A stretch of 63,471 bases of DNA, filler included, from Octopus bimaculoides (lineage: Eukaryota), in assembly GCF_001194135.2 (NCBI RefSeq). It is 7 parts of 6 records of this genome, joined end to end, with 100 filler letters (N's around TTAATTAATTAA, not from the genome) between each part and the next. Parts side by side here need not be neighbours in the genome. Positions count along the whole stretch, not along the records: positions 1 to 7,242 come from NC_068983.1; positions 7,343 to 20,578 come from NC_068991.1; 5 more parts are not named here. One strand, 5' to 3'. Position 1 is the first letter of the stretch; each line of letters begins with the position of its first letter. The notes beneath the pieces are model-generated. The model was given only the letters and a program-made list of their open reading frames with translations. It ran no database searches and was not told the DNA's origin. A program made the position numbers and the translations under genes. Positions 1-11,008 of this stretch are shown here, piece after piece.

Positions 1-273
1 CATGCGTTGTTCAGGTACAGCATTAGCAGCCACAAACGTACGGAATCTTGACCAGTAATCAGGCCATAGTTCTGACGTTGAATCAAATGCAGCAAATGGT
101 GGAATCGACACCGTTGTCGAAGCAGCTGAAAAATAGCCACTAGGATCGCCTTCAACTTGTCGAGCACCAAACAGTTTTAACAGAGCGTCCATATCTCTCT
201 GATGTTGTTGCATTTGCTGTTCCATTTGTTCCCTAAACAATTTTATAAGTTCTACTGTCTGTTTTTCAGCCAT
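1..273 (-). mobile_element. Ty3/Gypsy gag N-terminus, frameshifted, truncated by window edge
   Basis: Manual translation from ATG at 273: MAEKQTVELI, then after a 1-nt frameshift ...EQMEQQMQQHQRDMDALLKLFGARQVEGDPSGYFSAASTTVSIPPFAAFDSTSELWPDYWSRFRTFVAANAVPEQRM. The PPFxxFD...W..Y..RF pattern is typical of Gypsy gag. Lies just downstream of an LTR and PBS. Confidence 0.8.
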
Positions 274-313
274 TGTTATTACGATGAATAATTTTACGGT
301 AAAGTAAGCATGT

Positions 314-331
314 ATCCTATCGTCGACACCA
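314..331 (-). promoter_or_regulatory. Primer-binding-site-like sequence TGGTGTCGACGATAGGAT
   Basis: Starts TGG, 8 nt downstream of the LTR's terminal CA, upstream of the gag ATG. Cognate tRNA not identified. Confidence 0.65.
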
Positions 332-339
332 ATAAACTC

Positions 340-590
340 TGTTGTATTTCTCTCGGGTGACTCGCAGAGAAAACACAACGAGTTGTACAATTTATTTATT
401 ACATTTATTATTCAATTACATACAAAGAACGCACTCACCGAATGTTCGTTATGAATAAACAAAAGTCATGTCCGCCATATATATCAATGACATTTTACTA
501 CGACAGTCACACAAGACAACAACAATGAAGCAATGAACTCAGACGAACCACAGTGACACACGGAACGTCAGACGAATTACATATCTAACA
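340..590 (-). mobile_element. 5' LTR (~251 bp) of the Gypsy element
   Basis: Minus strand begins TGTTAG and ends ACAACA (TG..CA, TGTT/AACA termini), has AATAAA motifs, and is followed by PBS and gag. Confidence 0.8.
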
Positions 591-734
591 GTCCATATAA
601 CAGAAAGTCTGAAGGCTGTTTTGCTTAACATTATTAAGTGATTATACATAGCAGGGTAATCCCTTTTCGCAGGAGGTAGGACGGCAATTTCTGATGAAGC
701 AATTGCTGGCGATCTGTTGCTACACAGTTCTGAT

Positions 735-2345
735 GTGGGTGATATCTTCAGTTTCAACTCCACAAAGTCTACATCGGTTGTCACATTTTACTGCTTTTCC
801 TGCATCTCTGTCTCTTTTGTGCATCAGGTACTTGGTTGATATTTCCTGTCCCTGAACTGCAAACACATACCCTTCAAAATGGGAGGTAGTAATCCGGCTA
901 TCGGTCCATGATAAATTGCTTTGATGATCGATGTTACTATCATCACGGAGCTTTCTACTAACATATCCATGCATAGTCTTCTGCTCGTATAGGCTCATCC
1001 TTTCATCTGATGATACGTTGAGGTAGAGTCGTACGACTTCTTTGGGCATGTATTCTAGATTATCAGACAAAGATTGTTGCTCAAGGAGCTGCCTTCCAAG
1101 TCTTATGATGTTATCAGCTTCATGTATACAAACTTGGTTAAGGGATGCACTTCGACACTCGGTGGTTAAAAGATGTTGCCGAAGGAATATGATGCGACAT
1201 TCAAAGGTATTTTTGATCTATGTTAAGCCTCTGCCGCTTTGTTTTCGTTTTAGGTAGGGGCGGTCTACGTCACTGTTTATGTGGGAATTATGTGTGCTTG
1301 TTAGTATTTTTCGGGTTTTCACATCGACGGCTCGGATCTCATCAAGCGTCCTATCAAGCAGCCCAAATGTTGGTATGAGTACTGGCACCCCAAACACATT
1401 GTGGGCCACTGTTTTATTGAATACAGAGAGTTCTGAGGTCCAAATTTTCTTTATTCAGCTGTAATATTCTTTAGTGACACGTGTTTCACTACAGGTGCCG
1501 TTGTAAGATATATTTTAATCCACCCCTAGACACCTGTAACATTCCTCGTTAGATACAGGGGAAGCAGTCAAATCATTGATAAAAATGTTATAAGTCTGGT
1601 TTAAAGTTTTCCCCTTTTTCACAGCCATATAACATTTATCCTGACCAAACTCCAATCCTACATCCTTTGAGAATGTTGTAACTAAGTCAAGGCTCTTTTT
1701 CATCTCATGCATATTCTTTGCATAAAGTTTTAAGTCATCCACAAAGAAACAATGTGTAATTTTGGTATTTCTGTTTCCTTACGAACCAGTGAGATATCCT
1801 TCAGACTTCCTTAACATGAACGACAAGGGGTTTACAGAGAGTATAAACAACATCTCCTTGGAATATGCCTTTGTAACACTGTATTTTATCGGTGATAATA
1901 CAGTCTCACCTTTTGTGTTTCAATGAAGTCAGGTCAGCTATGGCTTTGACTATTCTCACTAGAACTTTAGCAAGTTGAAGGGCTTCTAGCATCTATGAGT
2001 CAAAGGCTTTCTTGTAGTCTAGCCACATTGAAACTAGGTTCCACCTATATTTTCGCCCCTCTGACATCACAGTTTTGTTGATTAACAATTGCTCGGCACA
2101 ACCCCAGACTCCCTTCTTCCCAGCTGCTTGTTCTGTGATAATTTTATTGGTTTCACAATGGTCCTGGAGGAAGAGGTTTAAGCATGCTGTATATATCTTA
2201 TACATTAAGTTCTGGCTTGCAAGTGGCCGGTAGTTTTTTGCCATGTGGGTGGTTCTGCATTTGGGGATCAAGTTTATCTCTGCCAGAGCTAACCAATGTG
2301 GTATGCTACTGTTCTCAATGAAAGCTTTCTGGTACATATTGATAA
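735..2345 (-). mobile_element. Decayed non-LTR retrotransposon with restriction-like endonuclease (R4/Dong/NeSL-type) ORF
   Basis: Ordered RT motifs LIPK..NYRPL, QAAGKKGVWGC, WLDYKKAFDS (1993-2337), FVDDLKLY (1515-1742), AHNVFGVPVL..GRGL (1218-1409), and CRLCG..EDITHI zinc finger (720-1070). Multiple frameshifts. Confidence 0.9.
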
Positions 2346-2799
2346 GATATGGTCGGTAGAATGGTCGGTACCTGCTAGTATGTATGTATGTATGTATGTA
2401 TGTATTGTATTGAAGCAGCCAAAGTTATGCCATCTGTCAGAGTGGGTGAGGTGTGTTAATGGTCACGCATTTTCTCAGCTTTCTGTAAGCTAAGTATTGT
2501 TTGACACTTTACTGCGTATTTATGTTTCAAAGGGAACTGACATAAAATTGACATTCGCTTGATTCAGCACAGAAAAAGAAAATGAAACATTTGTTGTGAC
2601 ATTTGTGTTTAATGTCGCTTACTCTTTGATCCTTATTTTTTGTTATTCTCCTATTATCCTGCCACCCTCCCAGCGTCAGAACATGATAGTACTGCACATG
2701 CCAGATAACTATTAGAATGCGCAGTACAATCTCAGAACAATATGTCATAACAGGCGACAGAAAAAGTAATTTCCCGTTACGATTCATCATTATATTACT

Positions 2800-3200
2800 G
2801 AGTAGGCCTCATGTTTATGCTGATTTTATTATTCGTGGGTGTACACAGCTCACCTAGCATACCTATAATTTTACGTCTTTGGTTATATCCCCTCCATCTA
2901 TTAGTATGAAATTCAGAATTATTCCAACTGCTCTTAGAACCATGATGACCATAGTTTGGGAATTTTACTTGATAGATAATTAACCAATAAAATCTGTTGG
3001 GAGCAAAAGTTGGGGGCAAGGATGTCACCCTGCTTGACACCATTTTCTACAAGAAGGGATCCCGCCATGCCATCACCAACATTGACCAAAGCCTCCATCC
3101 CATCATGAAATGATTTAATTATAGATGCAAAGTGATCCGGACATCTAAGTTTGCCATGTATTTTCCATAGCAAGGCTCTAAAAAAATAGCTGGGTAATAA
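2800..3200 (-). mobile_element. RTE LINE RT fragment
   Basis: CPDHFASIIKSFHDGM...NGVKQGDILAP motif in ORF 2934-3359. Confidence 0.8.
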
Positions 3201-4535
3201 AAATAAGATAATTTTTTTTCCACATAGATGAGAAATTTTAAAGGGGCAGCTAGCAGGCATTTCAAGTCTCGGAAAAATTCTTAAACAAACCTCCTTTTTC
3301 ATAACCGTGGATCTTTTTTCGTTCTCAGAGACTCCCAACACGGTTCCATAAACCGACATCTACAGGAAACTTATTCTCCTGCCTCACATACAATAGTCTG
3401 TCGTCCTTGAGAACTTTAGCGAAAATAAGATTGTTGGCTGCCTTGACATCATTAAAGCTTTCAACCACGTTTGACAAGAAAACTTGCAAGTTATATTGCT
3501 TGATCATGGATTAATCTATCTTTCGATGTTCAAATCAAAAATATTTTGTCCATTGCAGTGTAAAAGCCACATTTTATCAACTCAGGTGTATCCGAAAGTT
3601 TAACTGCATCCGACAATCTTCCTTTTGTACACTAGTGATTTACTAGACACATATACAAGGCCTGTCTCACCAGGCATATCATGACATTCTCCATTTGAAT
3701 CGTAACAATTATATTTCATTCAGGAGTATGAAAACAATTATTAAACCCTACAGCAATTCCATAGTAAATACGAATTTTTTTTAGCTGGCTGTAAGTTTAT
3801 ACAGAGCCATTAAAATTAGTCTTCTTTTATAAACTGTATATCCTACATTAATTTTATTAAAAAATAAACACCTTTCAGTTTTTCTGGATAAGGCTGTGAT
3901 TGAAGGAAAGTGACTTCCCCATTCTCATAGCATTTCAGTGGCTCGTTTATAAAACTAAGAGCTTCACAATAATTACAGTGAATATTCATGTCACCAATGT
4001 TGTAGCTTTCAACCATATGTTTACAGTTTGTTTTGTTTTTTTCTTGTTTTTTGTCATTGTTTTTTTTTATTGGGAAGGGTTACGTTCTCTCGCGTTTTCA
4101 TTTCTTATTCTATCTTGAACACGTTCTCTTATCTGTTGTAAATACTCTATACTCTTTGATTAATATTTTCCCTTCAACACGATGATGCTCCCGAGATTCG
4201 ACCTTCAGTTTCTCTTTACGCCATGGCTTATACAGTCTCATTCTTTCTCTTGTAAGCATACATCGTCTGTCATCTATATTTTATAAACAAATATCAATTT
4301 TCAAGCGAGCAGACTATAAATAATTTCATTTATGCGCATGCGTTAAGCGATAGGCGATATTAAAATAATTCAGTCCAATCAAAGAAAAAAAACAACACTT
4401 TTCTCTATCCACTCACACCTCCACCTCCACCACTATCATCATTACCACCACCATCATCGTTATTGTTTTCAGTATCAAAGCTCAATTTAAGTTGCTTGCC
4501 AATGAAGATGGTACCATTTCAGTTCAACTTGTGGC

Positions 4536-4894
4536 AAGACTTCCGCCCGTCCGCACCACCAAAACCACCCTTTTTTTAACATTTTCCTTTTTTCGACACA
4601 AACTCCACTTTTCGGCTACGGGGAATTCGAATCTGCAAAAAATATTGGCAAAAATCGGCATTTTTAAATTAGGTTTAGGATTAGGGTTTTAGGGTTAGGA
4701 TTAGGGTTAGGGTTAGTGTTGGGGAAAAAAGTCAAAATTTAAGATTTTGTGAGGAGAAGGGGGAAAATTTCACAATGCCGATTTTTTGCAATTTTCCAGA
4801 ACCTCTGTATCCGAAAACGGTGGCTTTTAGCAAAAAATAATTTAAAAATAAACAGACTTGGGTGAAAAGGGGGGTGGGGACGCGCGGAAGTCTT
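4536..4894. mobile_element. Foldback/MITE-like element with nested inverted repeats and central degenerate (TTAGGG)n
   Basis: AAGACTTCCGC(4536)...GCGGAAGTCTT(4894) termini, inner inverted pair ~4608-4655 / ~4774-4818, and TTAGGG-like array ~4668-4716. Confidence 0.7.
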
Positions 4895-5037
4895 TCCCAG
4901 CTTGTTTATATCTACTTTTCTTTCTTTCATTACTAAGTTCGAATAACATTTTTTTTTTTTAATAATAATATCCACGGCTATTTTGCAAAGTTATTTCACT
5001 TACATTGACAAATCTATCTTTCTATGACAAGTTTACT

Positions 5038-5412
5038 ATAGGCGCAGACGTGGCTGTGTAGTAAGAAGCTTGCTTCCCAGGCACATGGTTCGGGGTATCC
5101 CACTGCATGGGACCTTGGGCAAGTGTCTTCTGTTATAGCCTCGGACCGACCAAAGCCTTGTGATTCGATTTCGTAAATAGAAACTAACAGAAGCCAGTCG
5201 TGTGTATGTGCGTGTATGTGTTTGTCCCACTACCTCCTCTTGACAACCGATGCTAGTGTGTTTATGTCCCCGTAACTTAGCGGATCAGCAAAAGGAAATA
5301 TTTATAGAATAAGTACCAGGCAATTAAAAAATAAGTACTGAGGACAATACATCCGACTAAAAATGTTTCAATGTGGTGTCCCAGCATGGCTACAGTCTAA
5401 TAACTGAAACAA
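5038..5412 (+). mobile_element. tRNA-derived SINE family A (CORE-like CCTTGGGCAAGT), full length
   Basis: Head GGCGCAG..GTGGCTGTGT.GTAAGAAGCTTGCTTCCC, CORE-like CCTTGGGCAAGTGTCTTCT, tail CCAGCATGGC..CAGTC..TAACTGAAAC. Many matching copies in the window. Confidence 0.85.
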
Positions 5413-5599
5413 ATTCCTTCTTCCGTCTTCTAACTGGCGTCAATGCGGATAGATAGGTATATAGATCGACAGAGAGAAGACATAAAAAAAAATTGAATAT
5501 TAAAATGTTATTTTCTTGTCAGTCACAATAATATATGACTAAATGGCCCGTGCTGTCAAAAATGATGACTAATTGTAGTATTTTATATAGAAACAAGAG

Positions 5600-5830
5600 T
5601 ACCCAGAGAGCGCAAACCTCTGCCGAGGCAGCACCAACGTCCTGATTTCTTTTATTAGGCACAAGGTCTCTATAAAGAAGGAACAATACAAAAACAGACA
5701 AAACTAGAAAAGCACTCGGAGAGCGCAGACCTCCGCCAAGCAGCTCGTTTCTACCCATATACACGCATGCTGAAAATCGCCCAATTTCCCAAACCAACGC
5801 CGGCAAAAACATAACCTCCTCCCATACTTA
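5600..5830 (+). mobile_element. Two tandem 5' heads of a Helentron/HINE-like non-autonomous element
   Basis: GAGAGCGCAAACCTCTGCCGAG (~5605) and GAGAGCGCAGACCTCCGCCAAG (~5719). ACCTCCGCCAAG is the reverse complement of CTTGGCGGAGGT at 6965-6976. Confidence 0.55.
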
Positions 5831-6149
5831 TCTCGACCATTGTCATCACCAACATTGTCTCTGCTTTCACCACAATCAGTTTCTTTACACAGTTGAAAAT
5901 CCATTATCCGATACTCATGGGACCGAGATTGTGGCAGATTTTTGATTTTTCTAATTTCGGAGTGCTTTATAAAAAAAAAATTGCATCTACAAAACGGAAC
6001 AGTTTGAGGATAGAAACCAGGTCTAAACGCAATAGCTTATTGACATACTCTGAATGTAGTTCTATATAAGTCTTTAATAATTTTTTTTTAATACTTCAGA
6101 TCATCAAAAATGTTAAGATATCAGCCTCTACCCATGTTGTCATGCTTTG

Positions 6150-6625
6150 ATTAAAAGGTTACAGCATAGATTAGATTACTTAGATAAGTTTCGGCCGAAG
6201 TTCACTCAGGCCATGTCTAATTTAATAGCACCACCTGGAACAGATACACAGTCAGCTCTGGGGAACCGTAGCCCATTCAAGCAGAGGGTTATTGTTTTCA
6301 GAGACATATCTGAGTGTGAGTGGTTTATCTGGTATTTGTTGGGAGTAATCATCTAGGATCGTTTGAATGCCGTGAAGTCACTTTCCTCCTTTGTGTGTGT
6401 CTGGCACGATGTTGAAGAGAGCAGGGCCAATTGAGGTGAAATAGTTTTGTCATAGTGTTGTGATACGACACGAACATTTCTGTAGTGGACGGACGGCACG
6501 GGGGGGGCCAAGCCTTGGACGAATATTTTCCACATCATACAAATCATATAGAGCTCGCAGCGGCGGTGGAGGGAGCAAAACCTGAGCTTTTTGAGTCGAT
6601 CCCAATAGTTAAGGCTTGTCATGTC
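6150..6625 (-). mobile_element. CR1-type LINE 3' fragment
   Basis: LNYWDRLKKLRFCSLHRRCELYMI..WKI matches the CR1 C-terminal LSYxERLxxLxLxSLxxRR motif; FKRS follows. Confidence 0.75.
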
Positions 6626-6629
6626 ATCC

Positions 6630-6980
6630 TCCGCAGACCTCCGCCAAGCACCTCATTTTAAGATAGATGCACGAGTAAAATTACTAACAGAGAAACGAAA
6701 ATAAACTTTGGAAACAGCAACACCACCATAGGTTACGTAGAAACGATGAACAACATTGTAATACAAGTAAATATAACAAACGAAAAATCCTTCATGAACC
6801 TATAAACATTCCTAGATCACTACCAAAATTTCACCACCTATTCCTTGTGTCATTACCAGCTTTTTCTGCAAGTTTCATCAAATACCGTTCACAACTTCTT
6901 GAGTTATTTTGCACACAGACGGACAGACGGACAAACCAATGCCGATGAAAACATAACCTCCTTCCTTGGCGGAGGTAACG
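6630..6980 (+). mobile_element. Helentron/HINE-like element with subterminal inverted repeats
   Basis: ACCTCCGCCAAG 6637-6648 and CTTGGCGGAGGT 6965-6976, short CAGA/CGGA repeat, and 3' end AACATAACCTCCTT..GGCGGAGGTAA. Confidence 0.55.
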
Positions 6981-7242
6981 ATACCATGGGATACATAAGA
7001 ACATATCGAATGAATTATGGATATAATGAAAAATGAGGATGGAATGGCTTACCTACCCCCCATAGGCAGTTCCATTTTACTGTTTTTAAATGAAGATTTA
7101 TTAAGTTCAATATCTGTCTTGCATCTGTTGGTTTCCTTTTTTTTTTTAATTCACACAAAGTCACCATTTACAAAACATACTCCATCAAATCTTCGAAGGC
7201 CACCACCGGCGGCAACTCGTCGCAACAAATCTCCATCCCCGT

Positions 7243-7342
7243 NNNNNNNNNNNNNNNNNNNNNNNNNNNNNNNNNNNNNNNNNNNNTTAATTAATTAANN
7301 NNNNNNNNNNNNNNNNNNNNNNNNNNNNNNNNNNNNNNNNNN
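7243..7342. other. Artificial 100-bp scaffold-join spacer (44N-TTAATTAATTAA-44N)
   Basis: Identical structure at 7243-7342, 20579-20678, 37853-37952, 40494-40593, 47580-47679 and 60307-60406. The linker is palindromic with stops in all six frames. Confidence 0.97.
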
Positions 7343-7427
7343 ATTAGAAAATTTCTCATTGTTAAATAAAATTTCATCAAACTATTTTTCTGTCATTTGT
7401 GACTACTTCACAGATGGTAAATGAACG

Positions 7428-7430
<3 letters not shown>

Positions 7431-7475
<45 letters not shown>

Positions 7476-7600
7476 CCTCTCTCTTGTATATCACATGATA
7501 TACAGACGGAGGGAGAGAGACAGAGACAGAGACAAACAGACAGACAGAGACAGACAGAGACAAACAGACAGACAGAGACAGAGACAAATAGACAGACAGA
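7431..7600. repeat. (CT)n and (GACA/GAGA)n microsatellites
   Basis: Directly visible. Confidence 0.95.
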
Positions 7601-7775
7601 NNNNNNNNNNNNNNNNNNNNNNNNNNNNNNNNNNNNNNNNNNNNNNNNNNNNNNNNNNNNNNNNNNNNNNNNNNNNNNNNNNNNNNNNNNNNNNNNNNNN
7701 GTTACACTAGTGTTATACCAAGTGTAATAAGTGGGAGCGGGTAAAAGGGGAGGGGTTGTTTTACCCTAAATTTAT

Positions 7776-8670
7776 ATATCAATTAGAAACTGGAGGATAA
7801 TATGCTGTACCCAACAACTTGCAGACAGTGTATCCCATTGAATTCATTAACTTAATTTGAAACTAAAATGACAAAAAACCACAAAGTACAAGTCTTTATG
7901 ACAAACCATGTTATATTGACAACCGGGTTTACATATAAAACTACATAAGGAATTTGAGAATAAACATAAACTTAATCTTACAGCTATTTCGGCCTTGTGT
8001 TGGCATGCCCCATTCTATCCAAATAGCTCCTGCTGGAGTAATTAGCGGATGAAATGCTGAAATGGGGGTACATGCACGATTCGCTAGGCCTCATCAGAGA
8101 TTCACAAAAAATTCCATACAAATATACAGTAAGAGATAAAAACAAAAATGAAATAAAAATAAAAATAAGGGTACAGCAAGAATAAAATAAAAAAATAAAT
8201 AAATGAAAAATGAAAATATAACATATAAAAAATATAAAAATATAAAAATATAAAAATATAAAAAAATATAAGGCACATAAAAAGCCTACAAACAGTACAT
8301 AAGGTCATACAAATAGCTATAGACACTCCAATATATAAGTCTGTGTGCATAACCATACTTAGATGTTCAATGATTCAAGATCATATATATATATATATAT
8401 GAGTACACATGTGTGTCTATATCCATCTATCCCCTCACACATACGTATACATATACAAATATGTATACACAGGCATTCTCCTACGTACATGGTCCCTGGT
8501 ACCAATGCTATCCACTGTGTTTCGAAGGCTGTTTATGTTTTTTTTAAAGAAATTTTGCTGAGTGTGTACATGTCAGTTTTGTATATTTTGGATGGGTTTA
8601 TGTGGAAGTTCATTTCATAGGATGCAAGTCGTTGGGTACAGCATGTTATCCTCCATTTTCTAATTGATAT
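7776..8670. mobile_element. Element bracketed by a 48-bp inverted repeat (7776-7823 / 8623-8670), containing a hammerhead fold
   Basis: ATATCAATTAGAAACTGGAGGATAATATGCTGTACCCAACAACTTGCA matches the reverse complement of 8623-8670 at 45/48. The right end abuts an N gap. Confidence 0.7.
7974..8102 (-). ncRNA. Type I hammerhead ribozyme fold with 100-nt extended stem II
   Basis: Minus strand: AAUCU-CUGAUGA-GGCCU..AGGCC-GAAA-UAGCUG-UA^-AGAUU. Stem I AAUCU/AGAUU, intact core, G10.1-C11.1 pair, palindromic stem III loop. Confidence 0.7.
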
Positions 8671-9428
8671 NNNNNNNNNNNNNNNNNNNNNNNNNNNNNN
8701 NNNNNNNNNNNNNNNNNNNNNNNNNNNNNNNNNNNNNNNNNNNNNNNNNNNNNNNNNNNNNNNNNNNNNNNNNNNNNNNNNNNNNNNNNNNNNNNNNNNN
8801 NNNNNNNNNNNNNNNNNNNNNNNNNNNNNNNNNNNNNNNNNNNNNNNNNNNNNNNNNNNNNNNNNNNNNNNNNNNNNNNNNNNNNNNNNNNNNNNNNNNN
8901 NNNNNNNNNNNNNNNNNNNNNNNNNNNNNNNNNNNNNNNNNNNNNNNNNNNNNNNNNNNNNNNNNNNNNNNNNNNNNNNNNNNNNNNNNNNNNNNNNNNN
9001 NNNNNNNNNNNNNNNNNNNNNNNNNNNNNNNNNNNNNNNNNNNNNNNNNNNNNNNNNNNNNNNNNNNNNNNNNNNNNNNNNNNNNNNNNNNNNNNNNNNN
9101 NNNNNNNNNNNNNNNNNNNNNNNNNNNNNNNNNNNNNNNNNNNNNNNNNNNNNNNNNNNNNNNNNNNNNNNNNNNNNNNNNNNNNNNNNNNNNNNNNNNN
9201 NNNNNNNNNNNNNNNNNNNNNNNNNNNNNNNNNNNNNNNNNNNNNNNNNNNNNNNNNNNNNNNNNNNNNNNNNNNNNNNNNNNNNNNNNNNNNNNNNNNN
9301 NNNNNNNNNNNNNNNNNNNNNNNNNNNNNNNNNNNNNNNNNNNNNNNNNNNNNNNNNNNNNNNNNNNNNNNNNNNNNNNNNNNNNNNNNNNNNNNNNNNN
9401 NNNNNNNNNNNNNNNNNNNNNNNNNNNN

Positions 9429-9479
<51 letters not shown>

Positions 9480-10329
9480 CATACATGCATACATACATAC
9501 TTACAGACATACATATATACATATACATATAGATATATGTATGTATGTATATATGTATGTATACATGTATTTATGCATGTATAGGTATATATTCCTTCTC
9601 TGGATATTTGCTCTCCTATTTCTGACAATGATCCATGCTTAAAATGTTTATGCACCCACTCTTTTTTCACATCTTATTCTGAGTGTCAAGCCAATGCTCT
9701 CCGTGTGTACATCTTTTTTATTCTTGTTGTTTTGTTATTTTTAATCTTTCGATTTGCCTCTGTGTGTGTATGTGTGTGTGTGTATGTGTGTGTGTATGTG
9801 TCTGTGTGTCTGCGTGTGTCTGTGTGTGTGTGTGTGTGTTTCTGTGTGTGTGTATGCATGCGTATATGCATGTGCATATTTGTGTATGCATGCGTGAATG
9901 TATATGTGTATTCTGAAACCCATGGTGCGGTTTTACTATTAGGATTGCATTTTCCAATTGTTTCTTCTGCAGAAAGATGGGTTTCAGAATCCACATTGAA
10001 ACTGATAGACAACTGCAATAATCTAAAGATGAAATACCTCAAACAGAATGCATCTCATAGAGATGTCATCATTACTGAGCATTCAATTTACAAATCTTAC
10101 AAGCAAGACATAGAACTGGTGAAGGAACACTAAACTAAGCTAACTGATCCATTTTCTTTTCTTTATATTTTCTCTTTTCCCTTTCCAGCCTTGCAAACCT
10201 TAAATTATGTGATTGCTTAACTGTGAAAAGATTTCATTCAGTCCCCAAGCCAACGGCCATTCTCTGTCGATTTATCTCACTAGCTAGTTATCCTTCCCTC
10301 TGTTCCCTTATGTAGTCGAATATCCTTCT

Positions 10330-11008
10330 CAGATGAAGAATGAACATAACTTAGTGGTTAGCAACTTCAGGCTTAGGGCCATAAAGATTGAGATGTGCAG
10401 GCCAATATGGAAAAGGAGGTTGTGGAAGCTCAAGGACTCCTGAAATGGACAGAGATTCAGAGACGTCCTTAATGAGGCTTTTAATGAAATGGAGGAAGAG
10501 ATTGAGACATATGGCATAGAGGACGACTGGGAGTTCCTATGGAACAATCTACTAAAGACAACAGACCAAATCTGTGGTTAGAACAAAGCAGTATGGTAGA
10601 TAAGGCAATTAAAACATGAAAACCAGAAAAGCCTCTGGTCCATCCAGAATCATGGCTGAGATGCTCAAAATATCCAGTAAGGTAGGATAGGTGCTGCATA
10701 GTTAATCAGGTGATTCAGGAAGGTGTAATACTCAGTGACTGGTGCAGTAGCATAGCTGTTAGCTGCTACAAAGTAATGCTTTTGATAGAAGCAATTATAG
10801 AAGAAGCAAACTTCTGGAGCAGGTGATGAAAATTACGAATGTTATCACCCAATTAATTAGGAGCAGAATTAGGCTAGACAAAATGCAGTTTGGCTTCATC
10901 TGGGGTAGAAACACTACTGATGTTATTTTCATAGTCAGGCAACTGCAAGAGAATAAACCATTATACTTAACACTTGTTAATCTAGAGAAAGCTTTCAAAA
11001 GAGTACCC
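10330..11008 (+). mobile_element. RTE LINE fragment (linker + RT N-terminus)
   Basis: DKMQFGFIWGRNTTDVIFIVRQLQE..LVNLEKAFKRVP. A weaker RTE-like linker fragment (RWVSESTLKLID) lies at ~9975-10130. Confidence 0.85.

Noticed and set aside
7287-7298. TTAATTAATTAA recurring at spaced positions as a possible regulatory or CRISPR-like repeat
   Set aside because: Always centred in exactly 44+44 Ns; synthetic linker.
8533-9670. Long ORFs spanning N gaps (also 12916-13763, 23636-24637, 26543-27038, 34912-35424, 46168-46800, 49602-50683)
   Set aside because: Open only because Ns translate as X; flanks are dinucleotide repeats.
9973-10133. Apparent terminal exon after ttcttctgcag
   Set aside because: RWVSESTLKLID resembles the RTE linker region and lies next to RTE fragments.
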